A DNA stretch of 64,000 nucleotides from an uncultured Chloroflexia bacterium. Lineage in GTDB: Bacteria; Chloroflexota; Anaerolineae; CG2-30-64-16. Positions 21,337 to 30,134 of the stretch are shown in pieces. The stretch lies in the NCBI GenBank assembly GCA_963774265.1, contig CAVZDU010000002.1:704001-768000 (forward strand). Reading direction: 5' to 3'. The position numbers and the translations under genes were made by a program. How positions within the stretch are numbered: the first letter of the stretch is position 1; each line of letters starts with the position of its first letter. Under the pieces are notes generated by a model. That model saw nothing but the letters and a program-made list of their open reading frames with translations. It was not told the DNA's origin and did no database searches.

Positions 21337-21786
21337 ATGGAATCCATTCAGCGCATCAGCAAGACCGATCTGGCGCGCAACACGCGCGAGGTGCTCAACA
21401 CGGTCATGCGCGGCCAGACGGCCTTGATCGAAAGCCATGGCAAGCCTGAAGCCGCGATCCTTGACATCGTGGATTACTTGATCGTGCGCGCGGTGCTACG
21501 GTACCATAAGCAGCCCCCGCAGATCGATGCGGACGCGGGCTTGACCGATGCCGCCGCAGCAGCAGCCCCCGATCTCCAGGCGCGCTTCAACCTTGTGCTG
21601 GCCTACTACCTCGCTGATGCGATCAGCCTGGGGCGGGCGGCTGAGCTGCTGGGTCTCTCCGGCTTCGATCTGCGCATGCGCTTCGTGCGGCTGGACGTGC
21701 CGCTGCGTCTCGGGCCGGCCACCATCGAGGAAGCGCTGGCTGAGGTAGAGACGCTCAGACAGCTGCGTGACGAGCTGGCGGGATGA
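21337..21786 (+). CDS. Putative antitoxin: Phd/YefM-like N-terminus fused to UPF0175 domain
   Basis: ISKTDLARNTREVL..IESHGKPEAAI; YYLADAISLGRAAELLGLS; GGAGG RBS. Confidence 0.75.
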   Translation: MESIQRISKTDLARNTREVLNTVMRGQTALIESHGKPEAAILDIVDYLIVRAVLRYHKQPPQIDADAGLTDAAAAAAPDLQARFNLVLAYYLADAISLGRAAELLGLSGFDLRMRFVRLDVPLRLGPATIEEALAEVETLRQLRDELAG

Positions 21787-22277
21787 CAGCGACTCTTGTC
21801 CTCCTGGATAACACGGTGCTGACCAACTTCGCCGTTGCGCAGCAGACGAGGCTGGCGATCGCCGCCTGTCCAGGGCGCGCCTGCACGACAGCGGCCGCAC
21901 TCGCCGAATACCTGGCCGCGCCTGGAGAGGGACCCCTCGCCGGAGACGCGTGGCGCGACCTGCCGATCATCGATCTGACCGATGACGAAGAACAACTCGC
22001 TGAGGCGCTGCCCACCAGTCTGGGGGCTGGCGAACGGACGTGTCTGGCCATCGCGATCGCGAGACGCAGCATCGTTGCCACCGACGATTTGCATGCGCGC
22101 CGGGTTGCGGTGAGCCAGGGCGCGAGAATTGCGGGAACCATCGGCCTCCTTGTCATGGCGATTGAAGCGCGTCTTGTGACCCTCGACCGGGCGGATGCCC
22201 TGCTGTCCGCCATGATCGCCGCGGGCTACCGCTCACCCGTCGCGAGCCTGGGCGAGCTGGTGAGGACCGGCCGATGA
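21783..22277 (+). CDS. PIN-domain (DUF3368-like) putative toxin
   Basis: LLDNTVLTNF, LGAGERTCLAIA, ATDDLHARR, GTIGLL, GYR; ATGA-coupled to the antitoxin. Confidence 0.85.
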   Translation: MTATLVLLDNTVLTNFAVAQQTRLAIAACPGRACTTAAALAEYLAAPGEGPLAGDAWRDLPIIDLTDDEEQLAEALPTSLGAGERTCLAIAIARRSIVATDDLHARRVAVSQGARIAGTIGLLVMAIEARLVTLDRADALLSAMIAAGYRSPVASLGELVRTGR

Positions 22278-22325
22278 GCCCCGCCGATCCCGACCAGTTT
22301 CCCTTGACCCAGGACGACGCACCGG

Positions 22326-22490
22326 GACGTCGTGCGCCAACACCTGGCCCACGTGCCGACCGTAGTCTGGGGCAAGAACGACCGGCTCAAAACCGTCGCG
22401 GAGCAGCAGAACTACCTGCTATTCGACCGCATGGTGGCCTATCACATCCAGCGCGGGGTCTCGGTGCTGCTAGGCGCGGTCGCGTTTATC
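22326..22490 (+). pseudogene. Internal fragment of a large DNA methyltransferase (possibly PglXI/BREX type 3-like)
   Basis: VRQHL..AEQQNYLLFDRMVAYHIQRG recalled from large N4/N6 methylases; not verified by search. Confidence 0.45.
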
Positions 22491-22588
22491 GCTGATCGTG
22501 TGGTGGTTATGTCAATCCGACGGATCAAACGGCCCTCTCCGTTCGTCTTTACTTACAGTCCAGCCCAACTCACAACCAGGAGAGAGAC

Positions 22589-23215
22589 ATGTTGGTCCCA
22601 AGGTTCCTGCCCCTGTTCGTACTGATGGTTCTCGTGCTCGTGACCGCCGGGGGCTGCGTCCCCGCGATCTCGCCGGCCAGCCAGCCGCCAGCCGAGGCCC
22701 CTGCCATGGCGCCAGCCGGCGAGGCAACCGTCGAAGTGCCGGTGACCCCGCCCACGGCGGCGACGACAGCGGCGACGACGGCCGCGACGACGCCAGCCGC
22801 GGCGCCCGTCACGCAGACGCCCGCTGCCGGCGATGTCGCGCATTATCAAGGGCCCAACCCCTACCGTGCCACGCCCGCCTTCGACGTCGCCTACGATCCG
22901 GCCGCCTGGGAATACGTGGAGGACGACGGCTCGGGCCGGCAGAGCCAGCTGAAGCACCGCTCGCTGCCGGGCTGCGCCGTCTGGCTGCGCGCCGGGCCGG
23001 TGGACGCGACGCAGATGGCGATGGTGTGGCGGGCCGAACGCGAGTGGACCCTCTCGCAGGTGCAGTCGAACATCATCCAGTACTCGTCGGCGGAGGGGGA
23101 CATCAGCTGGATCTTCGGGGTGCTGCTGCCCGAGGCGTATTCTGGCCGGGGCAACAGCAACTGCCAGGACGCGGCCGAGCAGGTGATCGATACGTTCAAG
23201 GTGCTGCCGCAGTAG
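22589..23215 (+). CDS. Hypothetical lipoprotein
   Basis: AGGAGAG RBS, lipobox AGGC, Ala/Thr/Pro-rich linker. Confidence 0.8.
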   Translation: MLVPRFLPLFVLMVLVLVTAGGCVPAISPASQPPAEAPAMAPAGEATVEVPVTPPTAATTAATTAATTPAAAPVTQTPAAGDVAHYQGPNPYRATPAFDVAYDPAAWEYVEDDGSGRQSQLKHRSLPGCAVWLRAGPVDATQMAMVWRAEREWTLSQVQSNIIQYSSAEGDISWIFGVLLPEAYSGRGNSNCQDAAEQVIDTFKVLPQ

Positions 23216-23283
23216 ACCGGGTTGAGTGGAGTGGGGAGGGGTCAGGGAGGGCTGATGCTCTCCCTGACCCCGTGTTGCCCTAT

Positions 23284-24006
23284 CTATGCCGGGCTCAAGG
23301 CCGCCCGCGTGTCGGTCGTTACAGGCCCGGAAGCGGCTGCAGCTGGATTGAAGCCCTTGACGATAAGCCAGATGGCAAGGCTCACTTCCCAGGCGAAGAT
23401 CGGGATCACGAGGAGGCCCGCCCATGTGGGAATCTGCGGGCCGAGGCCGAACATCACGGCGGTGTTGTATGCGAAGACCAAAGGGCCGCCGATGAGCCCG
23501 AGCACCGGGATGAACCGCGGTACGAGGCGGGACCGGTACATCAGGTACGCCATCAGCACCGTGTTCACCCCGCAGACGAGGCCGGGCCCGAGCACGAGTG
23601 TCCAATTGTGAGACCCCACGAGGGCGCCGCCGAGGGTGACGAGGGCAGCTGTGTCTGCGCCGGCGGTCCCCGCCAGGTGCTGCCGCAGCGTTACCACAGC
23701 CAGGAGGGGGATGACGCCGACGGCGATGATGCCCGCTTCGAGCGTGCGAAGGCCCACGTAGCCGAGAGCGACCCCCTCGTTTTGCCTCTTGACGACGGGA
23801 AACAGCGCGACCGCGGTGCCGATATTAGCGAGGGCCAGGATGACCTCGAAGAACACCCCCATCAACACTCGGGTGTCGGGGCCGGAACCGGTGATATAAC
23901 CGGCATCCTTCAGAATCGGACCGTACAGTATGGCCGCGCCGACCGAGGTGACGTGGGTGATGAGGTAGAGCACGCCCGCCGCTATCGCGAGTCTTCTGAT
24001 GTTCAT
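23284..24006 (-). CDS. DUF4386-family membrane protein
   Basis: IAAGVLYLIT, ANIGTAVALFP, YRSRLVPR, WEVSLAIWLIVKGF. Confidence 0.85.
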   Translation of the reverse strand: MNIRRLAIAAGVLYLITHVTSVGAAILYGPILKDAGYITGSGPDTRVLMGVFFEVILALANIGTAVALFPVVKRQNEGVALGYVGLRTLEAGIIAVGVIPLLAVVTLRQHLAGTAGADTAALVTLGGALVGSHNWTLVLGPGLVCGVNTVLMAYLMYRSRLVPRFIPVLGLIGGPLVFAYNTAVMFGLGPQIPTWAGLLVIPIFAWEVSLAIWLIVKGFNPAAAASGPVTTDTRAALSPA

Positions 24007-24086
24007 TGGTTTGTCTCCTCGCTTAAACAATTATGAGACAAGCGGCCTTTCGGCCGCTTGTCCACCCTGTGCAGTCCCCAGCGGAC

Positions 24087-24839
24087 CTACACGGCGTCGG
24101 TTTGGCTGACCAGGGGGCTTCCCAGGCCAGGCAAGGGTTCCGAGGCTTTCACTCGTCGCTCAGACCAGAGCGCATATCCCAGCGAGGCCAGGGCTATCCC
24201 CATCGGGATCGCCGCGAACCGTTGGATCGCGTGCGGGAGCAGCGCAGCCGCAGGGGTCAACAAGGCCGTGACGGCCAGCAGACCGCCCGCCCAGCGAGGC
24301 AGGACGCGGGCGCGGATGGTAGCGATGCCAAAGAGCAGGCCGCCGAACAGATACAGGATTCCTAACAGGTTATACATCGCTGGGAGGGCTCCGATGTTCA
24401 TCGCGCCGGGTGTCCCATTGACGATCCCCAGGTAGGTATCAATAAACTGCGGCGCCGCGGTCGCCAACACCGGCAGGATAAAGACTTCGGCGAAGACAAA
24501 GCCCGTCTGGAGGAACCAGGAGAGGCCAAACAGGACAAAGCCGGCCAGACCCAGCAAACCGGACTCTTTCACTTGCCTGGCGTAGATCCCCGTAATGCCG
24601 AGCAGGAAAAAGAGGCACATGGCGAACTTCAAGGCGGTGATGACTGCCCATGCGCTGGTGGTGACCGACGCAAGAACGTCAGGTGGATGGATCGGCTGAA
24701 TGCCCGCGAAAATGATCCCTGCCCCCATAGCTGCCAAACCCGCCCAGCGGATGAGTTTCGAGGCTGTTATCTTCATTTGTTTGTCTCCCTTCATGGTTTC
24801 GGTCTGCTTGATCGGATTCATTCGTTCGTTGGTAGCCAT
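24087..24839 (-). CDS. Hypothetical membrane protein
   Basis: About 6 TM helices, LIRWAGLAA, ARVLPRWAG; alternative start 24776. Confidence 0.8.
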   Translation of the reverse strand: MATNERMNPIKQTETMKGDKQMKITASKLIRWAGLAAMGAGIIFAGIQPIHPPDVLASVTTSAWAVITALKFAMCLFFLLGITGIYARQVKESGLLGLAGFVLFGLSWFLQTGFVFAEVFILPVLATAAPQFIDTYLGIVNGTPGAMNIGALPAMYNLLGILYLFGGLLFGIATIRARVLPRWAGGLLAVTALLTPAAALLPHAIQRFAAIPMGIALASLGYALWSERRVKASEPLPGLGSPLVSQTDAV

Positions 24840-24863
24840 CGTTTCTTCTCCTTCTTCGACGCC

Positions 24864-25109
24864 TTACGCATCGGCCCGACCGGGCCTGACGCGGCTTACC
24901 GAGATTAAGGGCATTGCTAAATCACGCACTCTCCTTAGCAAGCCGTGCAATGCGGCCTGGTCGACCACCGGTCCGGTCAGCAGTGTTTCGCCGTTGTCAT
25001 CCAGCGTGATGGTCAGGCCTTCAAACCAGCCGGCCCACCGGTGATCGAGGTGTCCCTTGATGCGAATCTCGTAACGAATCGCTTCGTCGTTGCATTCGTT
25101 CTTTGCCAT
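24864..25109 (-). CDS. Small conserved hypothetical protein (ACT-like) typically found beside MalT-like regulators
   Basis: YEIRIKGHLDHRWAGWFEG..GPVVDQAALHGLL..RDL. Confidence 0.8.
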   Translation of the reverse strand: MAKNECNDEAIRYEIRIKGHLDHRWAGWFEGLTITLDDNGETLLTGPVVDQAALHGLLRRVRDLAMPLISVSRVRPGRADA

Positions 25110-25215
25110 GCCCACAATATACAGATGTACCTGGGGAGTTGTCTTCCCCACGTGTGGGGATTGATGTGGGGATATGTGAGGGAGGATGCCGGGTCGGCCA
25201 AAGGCTTTTGCCTGG

Positions 25216-28008
25216 CTAAATCAGTTCCAGCTCTGCTGCCCGTTGGACGGCCGCCCGGCGGCTATTGACGTTGAGTTTGCTGTAGATGCTCTTGGTATGC
25301 GTGCGGAGCGTGCTCACGGCGAACACGAGCTCACGGGCGATCTCCGGCCCGGAAAGCCCGGTCTCGAGCAATCGGAGCACTTCAAGCTCACGCTGGCTGA
25401 GCGGCTCTATGAGGGGCTGCGCCGCGGGGGAGGTAACGCCAAGGGATGCGGCGCGGCCGGCGTCCGCGCTCCCCGGTTGCCCGGCTTCAAATGCTGCCAG
25501 CAGTTTGGCAGTATAGCCTGGCATGATCCCCCGTTCGGCAGCACCGCGTAGCAGCTGCGCCATGCCTGGGCCCTCGTCCACAAACCTTCGCACGTAGCCC
25601 TCCGGCTCGGCCAGCTTCAGGGCCTGCTGCAGCGGCGCGAGGGCGGCCGCGCTGTCGCCTTGCGCCTGGTGGCCGAGCGCCTGCAGCACCAGGATTTCGA
25701 TGCTGCTTCCTGTCCTCCCACCCTCTTCCGCGGCTCTCAGGAGGCGTTCCAGCAGTCCCATTGCTTCACGAATGGAGCGGTCTGCATCGTCGCCACGCTC
25801 GCTCTGATATCGGGCCAGGAGCACCCTGGCCAGGGTCATGTGCTCGAACTCGCGCAGGTAGCTGAGGTCGTCATGGGCGGACAGGCCCCGCTCACGCGCC
25901 CAGTCGAGGGCTTCACCCAACCGCCCCTGGCTGAGCCACATCCGTATCTTCGACGCCGCTATAGGACGCACATTGGGGGAGAAGTCAGTCGCATACAGGC
26001 GCTCTGCCTCGTGGAGCAGGTCGAGAGCGCCGTCCGTATCGCCTTCGGCCTCCCGTATCCGAGCCATCGCAACGCGCCAGCGATACCGGTTCTGCGGTAA
26101 ACCGGTGTGCTCGCCCAGCTCCCTGCTTCGCAGCAGGTCCTGCGTGGCGGCACGTAAGTCGTTACGCTCGCGGTGGAGCTCGCTCATTCCCACGTGCAGG
26201 TCTGCCGCTCCCAGCAGGACAGAGTTGCCCTGCTCCGTCGCAAGCCCCAATCCCCGCTCATAAGTGCGCATTGCCTCGTGGAGACGACCTTGCGCCATGC
26301 GTATACCGGCCAGGGCGATCGTGCCGTTGATCGCGTCATGGATGTACCCGGCCTTCAGCAAACTCGCCATACCATCGGCATACGACCGGTGCGCCGCCTC
26401 GAGATCCCCGCTCGTCCAATATGCGAGTCCCAGCAACCCCGCTGCAGCTCCGCGGCCGAGATAGTCCTCCTCAGGTGCGAGGTCGAGCGCGCGCCGGGCG
26501 TTTTTCAAGGTGTTGACCACATCGCCCTGGGCCAGGGCGATGGCGGCACGATAGATGGCGATCGAACCGGGCAGACTGCGCAGGGCCTCCTCATCCACGA
26601 CGGCCATCTCACCCATCTCTGCCGTCGTGTCGAGCCACTTTTCGGCGTCCTGCAGCCGGGCCTCAACGCCCTCGAGTTGGCCGTTAAGCAGTAACGCTCC
26701 GGCATAGTAAACGCTGAGCACCGGCCTGGCACAGACCACCTCGTCGGGGAGTGCCTGGAGCCAGCTCAGCATCGCGGCTTCCTGCCTGCTCTGGCGCATT
26801 GCCGGCACCGCCCGTTCGATCAGGCTTGCCGCTCGCTCGAAATCCCTGGCGACCAACGCGTGGCGGATCGCATCGGCTGCCGAACCATTCTGCTCGTACC
26901 ACGCGCTCGCGCGTCGATGCAGAACAGGCACCTGGTCGGGCTGCTCTGCCATCAAATGCGCAGAGAGCATCTCGGCAAAGAGGTGGTGATAGCGATACCA
27001 GTGGCGCCTGTCGTCCAGCGGCACGACAAAGAAGTTGCCTCGCTCCAGGGCCTCCAGGCGCGCGTTGCTCCCCGCAAGGCCGGTCACGGCATCGCACAGC
27101 GGGCCATTCAAGCGGTCGAGAATGGACGTTTGGAGCAGGAAGCTGCGGATAGGCTGGGGCTGACGCCCCAGGACCTCTTCGACCAGATAGTCCACGATGT
27201 ACCGGTGGTCTCCGGCGAACGCCCGGACGAACCCGGGCACATCCTCATGGCCCTGCATTGAAAGGCCTTGCATTGCAAGGGCGGCTAACTGCAGGCCGGC
27301 GATCCAGCCCTCCGTGCGGCCATCCAGCGCGGCGATGTCTTCCGCTGAGAGGCCCAGGCCCATCACCTGGTTGAGGAATTCGGCGGCTTCGGCGGGGGTA
27401 AAGCGCAAGTCGGCGGCGCGCACTTCGGTCAATTGGTCCCGGGCGCGTAACCGGGCCAGGGGGAGACGGGGATCCTCGCGAGTGGCAATGACTATGCGCA
27501 ACCCAGGTGGCAGGTGCTCGATGAAAAAGGCGACACCCTCGTCAATCGCTTTGGCGTCGATCACGTGGTAGTCGTCAAGGACAAGCACGATCTTGTCCGG
27601 AAGGGTGGCGATCTCGTTGAGCAGAGAAGTCAGCATGGCTTCGATGTCCGCCGACTGAGGCTGGCTAGCCCGAAGCGCGGCCAGCACCCCTTCTCCGATC
27701 TCGCCGACAGCGAACCCTCGAGGCGCCGCGGTCCGCAACGCGGCGACCAGGTAGGTCAGAAAGCGTGCAGGATCGCTATCCCCTTCCTCCAGCGACAGCC
27801 AGGCGACGCGCCGGTCGCAACCGGCAGCCCATTCGCTGACCAACGTGGTTTTACCGAAGCCGGCGGGCGCGGAGATCAGGGTCAGTTGCGGTCCAAAACC
27901 CGGGTCCCGGCACAGTCCCTCGTTCAGTCGTTCGATCAGGCGGGGGCGGCTGACAACGCTCTTCCGCAGCGGAGGGATATACAGTTTCGTGGCCAGGATT
28001 GACTTCAC
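25216..28008 (-). CDS. MalT-like STAND ATPase with C-terminal LuxR HTH
   Basis: ILATKLYIPP, SAPAGFGKTT, LVLDDYH, TEGWIAGLQLAAL, YRYHHLF, TPR region, LSQRELEVL..IYSKLNV. Confidence 0.95.
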   Translation of the reverse strand: MKSILATKLYIPPLRKSVVSRPRLIERLNEGLCRDPGFGPQLTLISAPAGFGKTTLVSEWAAGCDRRVAWLSLEEGDSDPARFLTYLVAALRTAAPRGFAVGEIGEGVLAALRASQPQSADIEAMLTSLLNEIATLPDKIVLVLDDYHVIDAKAIDEGVAFFIEHLPPGLRIVIATREDPRLPLARLRARDQLTEVRAADLRFTPAEAAEFLNQVMGLGLSAEDIAALDGRTEGWIAGLQLAALAMQGLSMQGHEDVPGFVRAFAGDHRYIVDYLVEEVLGRQPQPIRSFLLQTSILDRLNGPLCDAVTGLAGSNARLEALERGNFFVVPLDDRRHWYRYHHLFAEMLSAHLMAEQPDQVPVLHRRASAWYEQNGSAADAIRHALVARDFERAASLIERAVPAMRQSRQEAAMLSWLQALPDEVVCARPVLSVYYAGALLLNGQLEGVEARLQDAEKWLDTTAEMGEMAVVDEEALRSLPGSIAIYRAAIALAQGDVVNTLKNARRALDLAPEEDYLGRGAAAGLLGLAYWTSGDLEAAHRSYADGMASLLKAGYIHDAINGTIALAGIRMAQGRLHEAMRTYERGLGLATEQGNSVLLGAADLHVGMSELHRERNDLRAATQDLLRSRELGEHTGLPQNRYRWRVAMARIREAEGDTDGALDLLHEAERLYATDFSPNVRPIAASKIRMWLSQGRLGEALDWARERGLSAHDDLSYLREFEHMTLARVLLARYQSERGDDADRSIREAMGLLERLLRAAEEGGRTGSSIEILVLQALGHQAQGDSAAALAPLQQALKLAEPEGYVRRFVDEGPGMAQLLRGAAERGIMPGYTAKLLAAFEAGQPGSADAGRAASLGVTSPAAQPLIEPLSQRELEVLRLLETGLSGPEIARELVFAVSTLRTHTKSIYSKLNVNSRRAAVQRAAELELI

Positions 28009-28174
28009 TTGCCTTCTTCTCCATTGGCGCCTGGCACTGAAGTGCCCAGGCTGGCACGCCAAGTGCGTCAAGACGCACTGACGGCCGTCAAGCAGCCTGT
28101 TCTTGAACAGGCTTGGGGTGCCAGCCGGCGGGTTTCAACCCCCGGCGACTACCCACCGCCAGGTTGAACAACAC

Positions 28175-28205
28175 GACGAGGGCCTGGTTTCGACCAGGCC
28201 CTCGT
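28175..28205 (-). terminator. Stem-loop downstream of the PQQ protein gene
   Basis: ACGAGGGCCTGGT-TTCG-ACCAGGCCCTCGT followed by a T-rich tract on the minus strand. Confidence 0.7.
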
Positions 28206-28271
28206 GTACATCGTCATGATCTGTTTGAGGCTACGTTCGTTGGCCTCTGACCCGCCTTTTCATGCGGGGTC

Positions 28272-29846
28272 TCAGGGCAGGCCGAAGGCGTACAGCTTGT
28301 TGTTCGGCGTACCGAAGCCGAAGTTGCTGTAGCCCGAGCCCCAGAAGACCGTCCCGTTGGAGATGGCCGCGCCCGACAGGCACGAGCCGCCGCTGGCGAA
28401 GCTCCACAACACCTGGCCGGTCGCCGCGTCGAGGGCGTACATGTAGCCCTGGGCGTCCAGCGAGCAGCCGAACACCACGCCGTTGGCCGTGGTGACCGGG
28501 CCGGAGGTGCTGCCGCCGTTCGGCGGCCTCGTCTGCCAGAGCACTGCGCCGGTCACGGCATCCAGGCCGCTCCAGACCCCGCTGGTGGCTCCGCTGGGCG
28601 CCGGCCAAGGGACCAGGTTACTGTTGGCGTTGGCCGTGTAGACGCGCTGGCCGTCGACGGCCGAGCCCCACTGCAGGCCGCCGGCCGTGCCGCCGGGGCC
28701 GGCCTGGGTAACCCACTGCACCGCGCCCGTGTCGGGGTCGAGGGCCCAGTACTGGCCGCTCTTCTGCCCTGCGCCCACCAGGTCATGGGGCTTGCCCGTA
28801 CCATCGGTCTTTACGCTGAACAACGCCGGCGCCTGGCCGAAGTCGTAGTCGGGACCGGCCGGAACGGGGCAGAGGTCACCGTCGCCAAAGAAGGGGATGC
28901 AGTCAACAGTCCAGGCATCGTAGGGGATGGCCCGCGTAGACCACCGGACAGCCCCGGTCACCAGGTCGAGCGCCATGATACTGTCGAAGTAATCGTTGGC
29001 AGGGAGGCAGGCGGCGACCGAAGTTGGGTCAGATGCAGCTGCAGTCACACAATCGAGAACTGTCTGGGGCACCGAGTAATTGTTGCCGGTGGCGACATAG
29101 ACCTGGCCGCGCTTGGGGTCGATGGCCGGGCTGCTGCCCCACACAGCGTTGCCGGTGTAGCCGGCCGGCGTTGTGTAGGTCTTCCACAGGATGGCCCCGG
29201 TGTCCAGGTCGAGCGCGAGCATACTGCCGCGGAACGACAACTGGTAGCCGGTGACGAAGGCGGCCAACGCCTCTTCCTGGGATGCCACGCCGACATAGAC
29301 CCGATTGCCGAACACGGTGGCCGACTGGGTGATGATGGCCGACGGATTGTCATCGGCCGTGGTGCTCCACATCAGCGCACCGGTGTTCTTGTTGAAGGCG
29401 AGCACCTTCCCGCCAGAACCTCCGCCGCTCAGGATCGAGCCCTGGGTGCCGATGATCACCTTGTCGCCGGCCAGGGCGGGTGTGGCCCGGGCTTTGTCGA
29501 GTGGCACACCGCTGGCCGCGGCAATGCTGACCTTCCACACCTGTTGGCCGGTCTTCCTGTCGATGGCGTACAGGTTGCCGGCCCAGTCGGGCACGTATAC
29601 CTTGGCGCCGTCGACGGCCGGCGTGGCCGATACGTCACCGCCCGTCGTGAACGCCCACTTTGCGACGAGAGCGTCGACGTTCGATTGGTTGATCTTGCTT
29701 TCCGATTTCTGATAGCGCGTGTTCTGCAGGTCATTGCCTGCAGAAGGCCAACCGCCGCCAGCATCGGCAAACACGGTGCTGGAGATGAGCAGGATTGCCA
29801 TCAGGGCGCCCGCCAGGGCAGCCGGGAATTTCCCGAACCGTTGCAT
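28272..29846 (-). CDS. Secreted PQQ-binding beta-propeller protein (polyvinyl alcohol dehydrogenase-like)
   Basis: Signal peptide; WPSAGNDLQNTRY, repeated AxDxxTGxxxW blades, GNAVWGSSPAID, DYDFGQAP, AGQKSG. Confidence 0.88.
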   Translation of the reverse strand: MQRFGKFPAALAGALMAILLISSTVFADAGGGWPSAGNDLQNTRYQKSESKINQSNVDALVAKWAFTTGGDVSATPAVDGAKVYVPDWAGNLYAIDRKTGQQVWKVSIAAASGVPLDKARATPALAGDKVIIGTQGSILSGGGSGGKVLAFNKNTGALMWSTTADDNPSAIITQSATVFGNRVYVGVASQEEALAAFVTGYQLSFRGSMLALDLDTGAILWKTYTTPAGYTGNAVWGSSPAIDPKRGQVYVATGNNYSVPQTVLDCVTAAASDPTSVAACLPANDYFDSIMALDLVTGAVRWSTRAIPYDAWTVDCIPFFGDGDLCPVPAGPDYDFGQAPALFSVKTDGTGKPHDLVGAGQKSGQYWALDPDTGAVQWVTQAGPGGTAGGLQWGSAVDGQRVYTANANSNLVPWPAPSGATSGVWSGLDAVTGAVLWQTRPPNGGSTSGPVTTANGVVFGCSLDAQGYMYALDAATGQVLWSFASGGSCLSGAAISNGTVFWGSGYSNFGFGTPNNKLYAFGLP

Positions 29847-30134
29847 CTGAATTTCTCCTGTGATCTAATCCGGGTCTAGTCGCAGATCCTAGGCCAGAGC
29901 CAAAGCAGGGGTTTAGGAAGAGGTCGTGAGTTGATACAAATACCGCACATTCAACTCACAATTATACTAACCCACCGAGGGTTGAGGGGCTGTAACAAAG
30001 GCTCCCGTGTTCAGTCCCCACGGGCCAGTGAACCTACAGGGCGATCCGCGGGCGTCATCAGTGCGCCGGAAGCGCCTGGCCTGACCCGCGCTGCACGAGG
30101 GCAATGCCGGGGGCACGGGCCGCGCGTCACACGC

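Larger units (their letters stand above)
20485..22534. repeat. 36-bp direct repeat pair (34/36 identical) at 20485-20520 and 22499-22534
   Basis: TGTGGTGGTT(G/A)TGTCAATCC(A/G)ACGGATCAAACGGCC. Confidence 0.85.

Noticed and set aside
22498-24036. 512-aa + strand ORF and similar long shadow ORFs (e.g. 3467-4531, 31212-32489, 44053-45378)
   Set aside because: They are alternative-frame or antisense to well-supported genes, which is typical of high-GC sequence.
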